The notes: generated by a model from the sequence alone, not told the origin. Counted from the first letter of the whole stretch, positions 12,401-25,099 are shown. The stretch: 63,911 nt of DNA, filler included, from Bipalium vagum (GCA_037834085.1; 3 parts of 3 records of this genome joined end to end with filler, not necessarily neighbours in it); one strand, 5' to 3'. Numbers and translations: made by a program.

Positions 12401-15400
12401 ATATTGTTACATCGATGCGGGGGCGATATTGAAAAAGGAGGCTCGACTCCGCTCATGGAGTCGGCACAAGAAGGTCATTTGGAAATCGTTAAAGCTCTCG
12501 TATGTATGGGAGCCAACATCGAAGCAAAAAATGCCAGCGATGAAACCAGTTTACATTTTGCAGCCGAAAACGGACACGTTGAGGTGAGCGATTAATTAAA
12601 TTTCGATTAATGATCAATAATTACCCCTCCCCTCTCTACCGGGTTATTCTCAGGTCTGTCTCTATTTGTTGGAGTGTAATGCTAACATTCACCACACGTC
12701 AGAAGGTGGACGAACGGCTCTCATGAAAGCAAGTCGAGCAGGAAATCTCAGTGTTGTGATCCTGCTTGTTGAAAGAGGGGCGTGTATCGATCAGTTGACA
12801 CTACAAGAAGACCACAATGCACTGAGTCTGGCGTGTGCCAATGGTCATTGTAAGGTATGAAAGAATTATGTTTTAAAGTTTAAATTTTTCAATCGATTTT
12901 CATTTAAAAATCGAAATAAATTGATATTAATTAAATGATATTAGTAGATTTATTGATTTTTCATTAATCCTTTTCTGCTACTCAATCTGTATTTTGTCAT
13001 TTTTAATACGAAAATCCTTGTTGCGTTTCGATTTTTTTTGTTAACGAAACATCTCAACGAATGTTTTAACTATTGATTTTTAAATTTACATTATTCTTTT
13101 AGTAAATAATATTAATATTTTAACATTTCTAATTTACAAATATCGTCATTCTTGGAAATATTTATTTAATGTCAATATTAATTTTTTCAAGTATCCAAAA
13201 ATGTTATCGATTATAAATCAATTTTTTCGCATCGTTTCAGGTCGTTGAATATCTTTTGAAAGCCGGTGCCGATCCCACTATCAAACTGAAAGATAATTGC
13301 ACCGTTCTCATAGAAGCGTCGCGTGCCGGTCATTCCGATGTAATTGAGACCCTGTTAAAGGAAAATCGGCGAAATAAAAAATTTGGTACCGTCACCACCA
13401 ATACCAATCAACCCGGTCAGCATTTGTGTTCCAACAGCTCTAATTTGGCCAATATTGAAATGGATATCAACGACGTTCAGCACTTTACCAGTCAATACCC
13501 ACCGATGGACGATCTGGATAGTTTTAGTATGATAACTAGTGACGATAAAGTGATGTTTTTAACGATTAAACCCCTGACAGTAATGCAGCAAGCTGCCGCC
13601 AATCAGCATCAGCATCAACTACCTTCACCATCGTCCAACATTGGTTCTTCCAATCGATCTTCAGAAAATTGTACATTGACCGCAAATCCTTTATCATCTT
13701 CTCATGTACAATCAGTTCCAAATGTTTTACAGTTCCAACCATGTCACATCACAAATAATTGTGCAGCGGTGACAACCAATGGCACGGAAATTCAGTCGAA
13801 ATCGAGTTTCAATCTCCAAATCATGAACAACGTCTTACCGAATGATCAAATGATTAACGATGACCACATGAAATATATAAGACCACTGTTTTTAACAAAT
13901 GAAATTCCAGACCCCCCCTCCAATTCGCCGCCTATGCCGCCAACGTTCTCCAATTGCAGTTCCAATCAAGTATTTATTGAATCGAACAACACGCTTTTGT
14001 CCTTGAATGATTCGAATCTTTCCATGTCTCTCGTTGGAATTGAGAACCAGAAACTTTTGCGGAACATACTGGATCCAAATTCTCCCAATATCGAAGAATG
14101 GGTGCAATACATTTGTCCGAACTTCAACAACAACCTCTATGCGTCGTCGGATCAAAATTATGAGTCATTGTCAAAACTCAATCTCCTCCAGACTGAATCC
14201 ATGAGTGCTGGCGAATTGCCTCAATTGCTGCAACAAACCAACAGCACTATCATCGTCGGAAACAATGGCGGTAGCGGTAGTAGTGGATGTGGTAGTGTCA
14301 TCGTTGGTGGGGGAAGCACGCAACAGTTTCACAGGAAAATCAAAAAGGCAAAACATTCAGACAATTACAGTGGGCACAGTGACATTTGTCGAAATTGTCC
14401 CTACTCTTACCATCAAAGATTGGCTGCACCTGTTTCACCGGAAAAATCGATTTCAATTGAAACCAATTGTGGAGTTTACAGATATCCCGGTGAAGGAGTT
14501 GAATGTGACAATGAGGGGGCACCGAAGGCCAAAAACTACCAGAAAGAAATGGCTTACAGAGACCAGTTCAATAACAACGACTCCAACAAAGATTGTGTTG
14601 TAAGTGAGATTTTCTTTGTGTTTCCATTGATTTTTTATTTAGTTAATAAAAATATTAACAATAACACTAATAAAATGAATAATATTATATGGTAATATTG
14701 ATTTTTTATCTATTACAACTAGACAAGTTTTCAAGGAAACAGAGATTTATCTATTGATATTGATTTTCTAAAATATCACAATAAAATATATCCTATATAA
14801 TAATATTTATTGGTCTTATCGTTTTTCTTTGTTACGCTTAACAATGAATATAGTCTAGTTTAACGTCTGTATTTTTATATCAATTGTGAGAAGAAAGAAG
14901 ACAAGGAATTTTTTTTCATATAGCATAAATGTCTTAAAGCTGAAGTTGAAAGGATATTATTATTAATAACTATTATAGATTTTAATTATACTAATAGATA
15001 GTTATAGTAATTATAAGAATAATCTATAATAATAATAAATCTTATAATAATTAAAATAATAAGAAATTAGAGTTCGTTAAGCAGGTATTTGGTAGGTTAT
15101 TTGTTGTGAACTATGTATAATTATAATAATCAATATGGATGGAATAGAGAATTATCACAATTATTCAATTTAAATGAAATTTTATTGATTTTAATTTATA
15201 ATATTTTGTATGAAGTTATTTACAAATATTTTTTTATTTAGATTTTTACATCACTGAATGCATTCAAAAATAATTCCAAACTTTTGTTTTCACAATCTCC
15301 TTCTCAAAACATTTTCTTGAACAACAACAATAACAAACAATTTACTGGAGCGCCCCTGAGCTCAAATACATCGACTGGTAACGGAACAGGAGTTGGAGGT

Positions 15401-18400
15401 GGAGGAATGTTTTCAATCGATAAAGTAATTGATGACATGATCTATTCGCCGAAATCAGAATGTTCTCTCAACAACAACACCATTCAGACTTTCATCAACA
15501 CCTCCAGTTTGCCATCATACAGCAGCCAGGATAATGGTGAAACCGATGTCAAAAGAATGTTTAATTCAGTTACACCGACATCTGTCAGTCCGATAAAGGT
15601 GAAATACCGCAACCAGGGGTTATCAGCACCTTTTCAAAAACAAGTTTTACAACCCAAAAGACGTTTGCAACAAAATCAGCGTTTTCCTCAATCCAATCTT
15701 TCTCAAATCCAATCTTCCACATCCTCAGGATGTTCAGAACACAAACTGTCTCCTCTAACCAAACCAATCTTTCAATCGGATCAATTTTTGCTTTCATCGA
15801 CACCGGTCAGTCAGAATATTTTCGATTCCATCTCTTTCATTCCGCAAGTAATTTACTTTTTCAATGGATTTTATTTCGTTTCTTAATGCACATCGAATCA
15901 TAAAATGTATCATTGATTTAAAATTTACCATTCTCTATTGAGAATATTGATTTTTAATATTTGCTGATTTTTCCAATAAATCTTTCCTTTCTGTATACAC
16001 ACGCCCTGATGTTTAATCTATACAATTCATAAATTTTTGTGAAAATATTTTAGTAAAACATTGATATTTTAAAATCACTAAAGTCCAATGGAGAAATGTG
16101 TTTTAAGCTGTGGTATTAATAACAAAAAATCGATTTTAATTTTAATTTTTAAAAATTTATTAAATTAATCAACTTTTAAGATATTTATTTAATGAAAAAA
16201 ATTCAATAATAAAAATTAATTATTTATTATATATCAAAAATATCAAAATATTAAAATAAATATTTATTATTACGAAAAAAATCAATTTCGGTGATAATTG
16301 GATTAGTGTGGGAATATATTACTTTTACAATGTCTAATTGAGCTAATTTGATTTATTTCGTTCGAAATCTAAAATTATTAAATGTTATTTTTAACCAATT
16401 AGAATTGATTGAATTATTTCTTTATTTATGTTAAATTTTTGTAAATCAATAATAAGATTAGTTAGAGATTTCTCTTAAATGAATTTAATCTTTCAAAAAT
16501 TAACAAAACCGTCTTTGAATTTTTCTATTACTTTAAAGTTTCCAAATAAAATTAATCAATAATTATAAAATAAAATATTTTTTTGAATAATCAATATATT
16601 TAAGCGAATCATTTTAAAATAAATAAATTAAAGATTAAACCAATTAACATTATTCGAATGTTTTATTTGTCCTACTTAAAGAATTCTGTCTGAGTAATTG
16701 ATTTTACTGATTATTCAATCAATAGCGATTATTAATTTGAACTTAAGAGTCGCTTATACAATCAATAATTTATTTTCCCCAGTGGTCTATTTTGACAATT
16801 AGTTTTTCATTTAAAACAGAATTCGATATCGAGTAAGAAATTGCTCTTCTATTTCACAGTTTTAGTAATATTAAAAAAGTAATTATAATTTTAGAAATAA
16901 CATAACCATATAATCAATAATAATATGGTATAATAAATTTAACATAATTTATTTTTTTAATAAAATCTGTCCAGGAATCAAATTGCAACTTCAATACGAA
17001 TTTCACATTTCCGGACAAGAGTTTCTCCAGTGACGAACGAGTAGAAATATACCAGCAAACGATGCTAAATGATTTGCAGTCATCGAATAACATGTTGTCC
17101 TCACACGTGTGTCAATTGCCCCAGGATTGCAGCACCAAGCACGGTCTGATGTCGCCGAGCTACCATTTGGATTTCATGCCGAAAATCATCATGGACAACT
17201 GTGATATTCCAAAATGCAAACCGGGCACTACCGTGATCAGTACCAGCAACAGTATTGAAAATCTGGAAGTAGTCGAAGAAATGGACAACGAAGATAATGA
17301 CGAGGACGACGATTTTGAATCGGAAATCGAAATAGATCACTGTAATTCTTCTCCTTTCAATAACAGCTCAATCAATCATTCGAATTGCATGAAACACAAT
17401 TGCAAAAAGAAACTGAATGTCAACGTATGCACGGAATCGTTACAAGAGTCTCCATTGTCTCTGGCATGTTCCGGCGGTCATTTAGAAGTGGTGAAATTAT
17501 TGATTAACAGCGGTGCAAAACTGGAACACAGAGATAAAAAGTCCCAGACTGCTCTTCACGTCGCCGTTCTCAATGGCCACGTGGAAGTCGTCAAATTTCT
17601 GCTCGATTCTGGTGCCGATATCGAATCTATGGTTGAACGAACGAAGGACACGGCACTATCAATCGCTTGTGCCAATGGGAAATATGATATCGTAGAAGTT
17701 CTCGTTAACAGAGGTGCTGTGATTGAACACAGAAACATTTCCGATTATACGCCGCTTAGTCTGGCTGCTTCCGGTGGGTATGTGGATATCATCAAGTTTC
17801 TGCTCAAGAACAATGCCGAAATTAATTCGAGAACCAATAGTAAATTGGGTATCAGTCCTCTAATGTTGGCAGCCATGAACGGGCACGTCAATGCTTTGAA
17901 TGTGTTGCTGGAAAATGGATCGGATATTAACGCTCAAATCGAAACAAATCGTAATACGGCACTGACACTGGCATGCTTTCAAGGGCGCAGTGAGGTCGTA
18001 TCTCTTTTGGTGGAAAAGAAAGCCTACGTAGAACACAGAGCCAAAAGCGGACTGACACCTCTCATGGAAGCAGCTTCACAAGGCCATGTCGAAGTCGGCC
18101 GAATTCTCATCTCGGCTGGTGCCGAGGTCAACGCAGCCCCAGTTCCGTCATCACGGGAAACTGTTTTAATTATTGCTGCCGATAAAGGTCATACAGAATT
18201 CGTCAAATTACTTTTATTACAGTAAGTAATGAGATAAGATGATGAAAATGTGTTAATATTGATTTCAGTGGTGCTATTGTTGAGGCACGCAACAAAAAAG
18301 GCGACACTCCACTCTGGTTGGCTTGCAATGGTTAGTAATGATTATCTACAGAATGTATATCTGTTTTGCTTCATCGTCTTTTTCTCTTAATTCAGGTGGT

Positions 18401-21400
18401 TATATCGACGTTGTTATACTCCTTATCGATTATAAAGCCGACGTCAATAGTGCCGACAATCGAAGAATAACTTGCTTGATGATTGCATTCAAAAAGGGTC
18501 ACATCCAAGTCGTTAAAGAATTGGTTAAATATGTCACCCAATTCCCATCTGAGCATGACTGCAATAAACATCTGAAGTCTATAAAGGATGCTGAAAAGGT
18601 TTTTTCACCTTTTAATTCTTTTAAAAATGAGCATTTCGCAATATTTTCTCTTTATTGAGTGTTATTATTATTAATGATTAATTAAATTTTACATATTAAA
18701 TCAATTTATTGGTTTCCTTTATTTATTTTATTTAATCAATAGATTTGTTAAAATAGGTTTTTAATTATATATGGATCCTGCTTTTTTTAAAAACAGAAAC
18801 AGGTTGATTTTATTTCAATTTTTATTATTCTTAACAAAGAACATGTAATTTTCTTAATTTTTGTTTTAAAAATTAGGAAAAACAAAATTGTACACTTAAA
18901 AATTGAATATTCTATAATTAAAATCGATTTTGATATTTTTTATTCATTCACAATTTTGAAAGTCTATCCAGGTTTAATAATATCTTACCGATTAATTTTG
19001 ATTAAGATCGATATCAATCACATAAATAATCACTTTTCCTTTCTCTCTTGTTTTGTTTAAGAAAAAGCTACTTGATCTCATTTAAGAGATAATTAAAAAA
19101 ATCAATCAGGGTTGGTTATTTTTCAATTTTAATGTAAAGACTCAAAGAGAGTGAACCGAAATAGAAGTCCTCGATCATTATTTCTCCTTAAATCGGTGTT
19201 TGAAAGCGTCTGTACTATCGACCGTATTAATGGAAAATTTGATACTCTTGTTGAAAATCAAGTTCACAATCGATTAAGTATGTTTGAGAAATATTTCTTT
19301 TTCCGGCAAAATAACCTTTTTCTATAATTAAATAATATGAAATTATGATAATTATATTGATTCTATTGATCGAAAATTTTTTTTCCTAATTTGTTGGTTT
19401 TTAGAAAAATTATTTTTAAAAAAACTTAATCATATGATAGGTTATCGATTGTAAAAACATTTTTAAGTAGCGATCGATAGATTATAATATTATTGATTGA
19501 AAATATCAAGTGAAGTGTGATTATTAGTCAAGGTCATGGTTTTCTAATAATTGCGACATGAAAATCATTGTCGAGAATCAATGAACCATGGTGATTGCAG
19601 TGTTTAGAGAAAGTGAATTTTAGTTACAGAATAGCTTTTGTTACACACTCACCGTCACAGACAGATACAAATATAGACAATCACACACATGCACATACTC
19701 TCAAACGAAATTAAGACATTAATAATAATAATTTAAATAAGTATAAAAAAATATAATTTCTCAATTTTGTTACAGTTATGCTTATGCACACGTGACTATT
19801 TAAAAAATGCACTTTTTGTGTGGATGTGTACAGTTTGTGTCTGGTCTCCAAAATGAGTATGGAAGGTGTGTGCGTGTGCGCTCTGTATTTCTCTAATACT
19901 CTTGGCCTATCACAATGAGTTGCTCAGTTGTCATTCACGTTCTGCATGCCAATGTCAAATCTAATCAATATGACATAATTTTATTCTCATTGCTTCTCCT
20001 ACAATCGACGAACATTGTCTCTATCTATTGTTTCTCTTTGGATTTATTTGAAAACAAAACTTGGACAAAATCGATCTATACATATCGACATCGAACATGT
20101 TTCTTCTCATCTCCGGCTGTTTTGTTTTGTCAATATTTTTCTATCGATTTCCAGAAAAATCTGGCTCTAGATGACGTTCAACTCATTGTTGGAATCTCAG
20201 TATATGCCTGAATCGATTTTGAGTCGACACGTGGATGATAGTAACGGTTGCAAATCGATATTCAATTCAGCTCTGTTGATATTTAACGCTGTGTATAAGG
20301 ACAGATCGAATGTGGAATCAAATTTTTATGTCGATCGATCATCAATATTGATAATGGACAATGACGTTGATGATGATAACAAGTGTATTGATAACGATGG
20401 CAGTTACAGCACTGGTGACGGTGACTATTATTATAATACTAATAATAACCACGATGATGATTATGAAGATGATAATGATGAAGGAGATAATGATGAAGAT
20501 GGTGAAAATGATGAATTTGATGACGATAACGATTACAGTGACTCGTGTTCACATCACATTGGATTATCAATCGAAATTGATAAGGCGGCTCATCGAGGCT
20601 ATCATAATAGTAATATTGATTTAGTAAGTACCAGGTCGAGTCTTAGATGAAATTAAAATAGGTCTCAGTATATTATTATTATTATTGTCATTGGCAAAAA
20701 AATTATTAATAAAAAGAAATAAATAAGATTTTTATTGATCGATTTTTTTAGATATCTGTTTTTTACAGTGCTATTTATTATTAAAATTAATAATATCATG
20801 ACTTAAAAAAATACTATTGTTGAATTGATCTTTTATTTTTTTGAAATTTAGGATTTAATCAATAAATGTGAAACATGCAAAGAAATTATTCTCAAGGCGA
20901 AGGAACGCCAGGAATATGAAGCGGCCAAGAATGCTAAAGATCTTTTGAAACAGGTTGAAGAAGAAAAAAAGGCCAAAGAACAGAAAGAGGTGAAGCAGGC
21001 CAAGAAAAGAGAAAAGAAAAAGGCTAAGAAAAAAGCAAAGCAAGACAAAGAGGATTCACCGAAAAACGAAATGAAAGATATTCACGATGAAATGATCATG
21101 TCGAAAAATCAGAATGATTATTTAGGGAATTATTTTTTTGAGGACTCTGAAGCAAAACTGAGATCGACGACCAGCTCCAGCCATCATAACAATGAAAATA
21201 TTAATCCCGAAACTCATACGACGACATCTTCAACATCGACAGCATTAGCGCCGTCAGCAGCACCGGCAACTGCAACATCCACCACAACGACTACTTCGAC
21301 AACAGCAGCGACATCAGCAATTAATAACATCGGTAGTAACAGTAATAGCAACAGCTTCAGTAACAGCAACAATAACAAATCCTTTACTATCATCTCCACC

Positions 21401-24400
21401 TCTACCACTTTAACCACCAACAAAGCCTCAGTGAAACAATCATCATCAAAAGCGTCGGAAGTAGATCACAACCATAAAACTAAATCCTTCAATGGAGTTG
21501 TCATAGCAACCGAAACAAAATCAAAAAAATTAATCAATGGAATAGTGTCGTCAGTGAAGAAAGATGAACAAGTTGTCCCGGAGGCATACAAAGAGCCATT
21601 TGTGTCTTCCAACGTTCCAAATACAGTTGTAGATATGTTTCCCAGCAAATCGACTAATGTCACTATAAAAGGAGGAGGAGGAAGCGGAGGAGGATCAGGA
21701 AATTCGTGGATTCACATAAGTTCAAGTAAAAGTGCTCCGTCGAATAAAATGGATGAAAACATGAGCAGCAGTCATTGGCAGAAAATCGGCGGCAACAAAA
21801 AGAAACTAGACATTCAAGTAAACAAAAAGGATATCGGAAAAGTTATCGGTCAGGGTGGTTCGGTAGTCAATGCCATTCGATATATAACCGGCGCTCATAT
21901 CGATATTGACAGTATAGCCAATGAGCTGGACGAAAGAACTGTCCATTTGAAAGGTTCCTCAGATGCCGTGCACAAAGCCAAGGAATTCATTTGCGATCTT
22001 GTTAAGGGCAAAATTACCGGTAATCACATAATTCAGGAATCGGAAACGTATTTATCGAAACACATGAGTAGTGGTAGTGGCTCAGGTGGAGGTAGCGTTG
22101 GAGGTAACAGTGGCGGTGGTGGTGGTCAGAGACTGTCGGCATCGGAATACAGTACTACCATGAGCAGTGGAGCTAACGATACCGAGTTTACTAAGTCAAC
22201 AAAACTAACACGTCACAATGGTAAGGCCGGAAAGCTCAGTGGATACAACAGCAAATTCAACCTGACAACTGTGACTAGCAACAGTAGTGGAAATAACAGT
22301 GGTGGTGGCATCATCAATAACAATAATCTCCAATATGGATTCTCTAAATCATCCGTCAAGGGATCCGATTTTGCCACTGTGGCAGCGGCCGGAATCGTGC
22401 CTGCTGTCAATGCCAGCAGTGGAGGACCTGGTAACCAATCAGCACAGAGAGTGAAATATTCGGAAAAAATCACATATAATGGAACTACTTATCACAATAC
22501 CCATTTTCCGAGCTTATCTGAAGTCAATGCCGATTCATTTGCAGTCGCCAATCAATCTTCTTCATCGTCATCGGAACCGTCAGGTAACAAGACTTCAGTT
22601 GTTCCAGGTTGCCTGGCAACGGAAAATGACATGATAACCGTGTTTGGACAGAGTCACAATATTAATAATAATAATAATGAAAAGGAGAGTTCCATGGTAA
22701 ATGAGCCCTTGGAAGTCAATACCAATATTCAGAGCATGACGGTTGTTGGTAGCAACGGTGGGGGTGGTGCTGGCAGTGGAAGTTGTAGTGGCAGTGGTGG
22801 AGTTGGAGGATTAGGATGTGGGAGTAATAACGGTGTGGTTGGTAATAATAATGGTGCCACGAATTTATCATTTGTTCAAGTCTTACCGTCCAATAATAAT
22901 AACAATGTGTCGAAATCATTTCCATTGGCTCCCGGTTCAGAAAGAAGTCTTTATCAACGAACATACAACTCGACTCCTGAGCATTCTCCACAAATAGAAA
23001 ACAGTGCTAGCAAACCGACAAATTCTAAATCGATTGCAGCAATGTCGTCTTTTGTCGATACCTCCAACAATTCGTCGGAACACACAATCGGTTCCAGTAA
23101 TTCCGACAAAGACGACAACAACAATGTGGGTGACTTTGGCAATTCTAATGTAAACAACAATAGTTCCGGTCACATGATGAGCTCGATAAGCAGCCTGCAC
23201 AATTGGACACATATTCACACTGACCTTCACCAGCACCAGCACTTGCAAACAGCACAAGTACCGGCCCCGGTTCCTCCACCACCGACGTTACAGTACAACG
23301 AATTTACAGCGAAACCTTCATATCCATCCGATTCGTTGACGATGATGAGCAAGTTGAATAACACTGACAATTCTTTATCAATTATCGATTATGAGGTTTT
23401 GAGTCATTATCCAAAATTACAAAGCCTCAACCCAAAAGCCGAGGCTTTTTCACCGGCAGCGATTAATAATAATTTGGCAGCAACCAATAGCAACTGTTAT
23501 GGTTTGAAGGCAGAGGATTTGTATTATAACATCAACGGAACCATGTCCTTGAATCCGTCTGCAAACATTTTCAAACCACGTAATGTGATTCCAGTGCTCG
23601 GAGGTACCGGTGGCGGTGGTATAGGGAATGCAATCGGTTCAGTGATTCAGCCACCTGGGTCACTTTCGATTAACAGCACCAGTAACGTTGGTGGCGGAGG
23701 TGGTGGTGGTAGTGTCGTTGGTGCTGGTTCCGTTAGCGTAGGAGGAGGAGTTGGTTATAGAGATAATAATGCCACAAATATAAATTTAGCACAGAAAAAT
23801 CAATCGAAATTCGATCATAATATCGTTGTCAATAGCAACAACAATAGTAATAGCAATAATAACAGTAGTAACAATAACAGTAGCAATCCGACATTGAAAG
23901 GCGGCAACATGAAGGGGGGTTCATCTGTCGCTGTCGCTGCCTATTCTTCTGTTCACCAGAATGTGTCGTCAAATACGCAACTTCTTCCATCGCTGTCGTC
24001 AACTGTGCAAAATTATTGCGCAAACAATCACCAGCAGTCTTTTGTCGTTCCCCCACAAGAAGAGCGCGTAATTCGACTCCAGGATCACATTAATAAAGCA
24101 ATCAACATATTGATTAGTACAACAAATTACAATCAAAACATGGCCGAAGCCGCGTTTAGCAGCTTCATGCGCTCGGCCAATTTGGATTTGAACAGCCACC
24201 TAACGAGCTCCGAATTCACGGCTCTCATCAATAACATCATGAACCAGAGCCCCAATCCACCGCCACCAACGGCACCGCTTGGCATCAATACGCCTAGTAA
24301 TATTTCTCAGCAAATCTCATTTCTTCCAACCAACAATAGTGGGGGTGGTGGTGGAGGAGGAGGTGGTGGAATCAATTGCACACTGCCACCACCACCACCA

Positions 24401-25099
24401 ACCAATCATCACCTGACCGATCACCTGAACAGTGGAGAAAATTTCAGCAGAGTCTTCCCTACCCAGAACTCGCTGACCCTGCGTCAGCCAATCATTCTCA
24501 ATCCAATTCCACCAGCCCCACAAGCAGCGGCGGCCTTGGCAACACAAGCGGCTGCTCTGGCAGCAACCCAGTCGGCCCCAACGCCATGGCCTCTACTGAA
24601 CAATGTGTCACTCTCAAACTTCAACTCGATCTGGGCCGCTCCAGGCTCCAACAACACACTGGGATCTTTGAACTCTCCCTACTTCTCCACGCTGGGTCAC
24701 TGTGTCTCGGCCCAGACCGCTTTCAACAGTGCTTTATCTTTCAATATCCACCAATCGTCGCTTTCCACATCGTCCAATTCCAATGAAATGTCCTCGGTCT
24801 CGTTCGGTGGCAATGGTAGTGGTGGTGCAGGCGGCAGTGGACCGAGTGATAATTCCGTTTCCAACAACATCAACACCGCCAGCCAGAGCTCCAAGAGTGC
24901 ACTGTCGTCTTCGTCGTCTTCATCCGCTGCTGTGGCGGCGGCGGCTGCTGCTGCTGTGGCACAGAAATTATCGGCTAGCAACAACAATAATAACAACAGT
25001 AATGTCAAAATGATCATTGCCTCCAACAGCACCAATGGCAACGGTGTTAATTCGATTTCGTTGCATGATAATAATGGATTTGATAAGAATGATTTGTAA
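6237..25099 (+). CDS. mask: Multiple ankyrin repeats single KH domain protein (MASK / ANKHD1 / ANKRD17 homolog), spliced, ~3080 aa; start codon not located
   Basis: Exons 6237-6406, 6470-6644, 6723-7097, 11923-12256, 12318-12583, 12654-12854, 13241-14599, 15242-15847, 16975-18221, 18269-18330, 18396-18598, 20852-25099 join in frame at GT-AG junctions (9246 nt). The product has MASK-type ankyrin sequence (EHRTDEMHTALMEAS, SFESPLTLAAC, TEETQETAMTLAACGG, SKLGISPLMLAAMNGH, AQIETNRNTALTLACFQGR), a basic coiled coil and one KH domain (GKVIGQGG). Confidence 0.95.
6470..7097 (+). CDS. mask: MASK exons 2-3 (6470-6644, 6723-7097), start of ankyrin cluster 1
   Basis: GETPLTCA...LLLKSG|ADPN...TPLMDAS...NENGHTALMEAATSG...EFKETALTLASYK; canonical splice sites. 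Confidence 0.92.
11923..12854 (+). CDS. mask: MASK exons 4-6 (11923-12256, 12318-12583, 12654-12854), ankyrin cluster 1
   Basis: Continuous MASK-type ankyrin repeats across 61- and 70-nt introns. Confidence 0.95.
13241..14599 (+). CDS. mask: MASK exon 7 (last ankyrin repeats of cluster 1 plus linker)
   Basis: tttcag|GTC GTT GAA; AGADPTIKLKDNCTVLIEASRAGH; GTT|gtaagt donor. Confidence 0.9.
15242..15847 (+). CDS. mask: MASK exon 8 (S/N/Q-rich linker)
   Basis: 606-nt phase-0 exon, tttag acceptor, CAA|gtaatt donor, open throughout. Confidence 0.8.
16975..18598 (+). CDS. mask: MASK exons 9-11 (16975-18221, 18269-18330, 18396-18598), ankyrin cluster 2
   Basis: Second ankyrin cluster ending VTQFPSEHDC; the 47- and 65-nt introns keep frame (RNKKGDTPLWLACNG|GYIDVV). 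Confidence 0.95.
20171..20623 (+). CDS. Candidate alternative MASK exon (cassette or internal first exon), 151 aa, Asp/Asn-rich
   Basis: ctctag|ATG ... GAT TTA|gtaagt; 453 nt, phase 0 at both ends, in frame with the flanking MASK exons. Confidence 0.6.
20852..25099 (+). CDS. mask: MASK terminal exon: coiled coil/NLS, KH domain (~21797-22010), long low-complexity tail
   Basis: tttag|GAT TTA ATC; KAKERQEYEAAKNAKDLL; KH GxxG loop; TAA at 25097-25099. Confidence 0.93.
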   Translation, partial: DLINKCETCKEIILKAKERQEYEAAKNAKDLLKQVEEEKKAKEQKEVKQAKKREKKKAKKKAKQDKEDSPKNEMKDIHDEMIMSKNQNDYLGNYFFEDSEAKLRSTTSSSHHNNENINPETHTTTSSTSTALAPSAAPATATSTTTTTSTTAATSAINNIGSNSNSNSFSNSNNNKSFTIISTSTTLTTNKASVKQSSSKASEVDHNHKTKSFNGVVIATETKSKKLINGIVSSVKKDEQVVPEAYKEPFVSSNVPNTVVDMFPSKSTNVTIKGGGGSGGGSGNSWIHISSSKSAPSNKMDENMSSSHWQKIGGNKKKLDIQVNKKDIGKVIGQGGSVVNAIRYITGAHIDIDSIANELDERTVHLKGSSDAVHKAKEFICDLVKGKITGNHIIQESETYLSKHMSSGSGSGGGSVGGNSGGGGGQRLSASEYSTTMSSGANDTEFTKSTKLTRHNGKAGKLSGYNSKFNLTTVTSNSSGNNSGGGIINNNNLQYGFSKSSVKGSDFATVAAAGIVPAVNASSGGPGNQSAQRVKYSEKITYNGTTYHNTHFPSLSEVNADSFAVANQSSSSSSEPSGNKTSVVPGCLATENDMITVFGQSHNINNNNNEKESSMVNEPLEVNTNIQSMTVVGSNGGGGAGSGSCSGSGGVGGLGCGSNNGVVGNNNGATNLSFVQVLPSNNNNNVSKSFPLAPGSERSLYQRTYNSTPEHSPQIENSASKPTNSKSIAAMSSFVDTSNNSSEHTIGSSNSDKDDNNNVGDFGNSNVNNNSSGHMMSSISSLHNWTHIHTDLHQHQHLQTAQVPAPVPPPPTLQYNEFTAKPSYPSDSLTMMSKLNNTDNSLSIIDYEVLSHYPKLQSLNPKAEAFSPAAINNNLAATNSNCYGLKAEDLYYNINGTMSLNPSANIFKPRNVIPVLGGTGGGGIGNAIGSVIQPPGSLSINSTSNVGGGGGGGSVVGAGSVSVGGGVGYRDNNATNINLAQKNQSKFDHNIVVNSNNNSNSNNNSSNNNSSNPTLKGGNMKGGSSVAVAAYSSVHQNVSSNTQLLPSLSSTVQNYCANNHQQSFVVPPQEERVIRLQDHINKAINILISTTNYNQNMAEAAFSSFMRSANLDLNSHLTSSEFTALINNIMNQSPNPPPPTAPLGINTPSNISQQISFLPTNNSGGGGGGGGGGINCTLPPPPPTNHHLTDHLNSGENFSRVFPTQNSLTLRQPIILNPIPPAPQAAAALATQAAALAATQSAPTPWPLLNNVSLSNFNSIWAAPGSNNTLGSLNSPYFSTLGHCVSAQTAFNSALSFNIHQSSLSTSSNSNEMSSVSFGGNGSGGAGGSGPSDNSVSNNINTASQSSKSALSSSSSSSAAVAAAAAAAVAQKLSASNNNNNNSNVKMIIASNSTNGNGVNSISLHDNNGFDKNDL

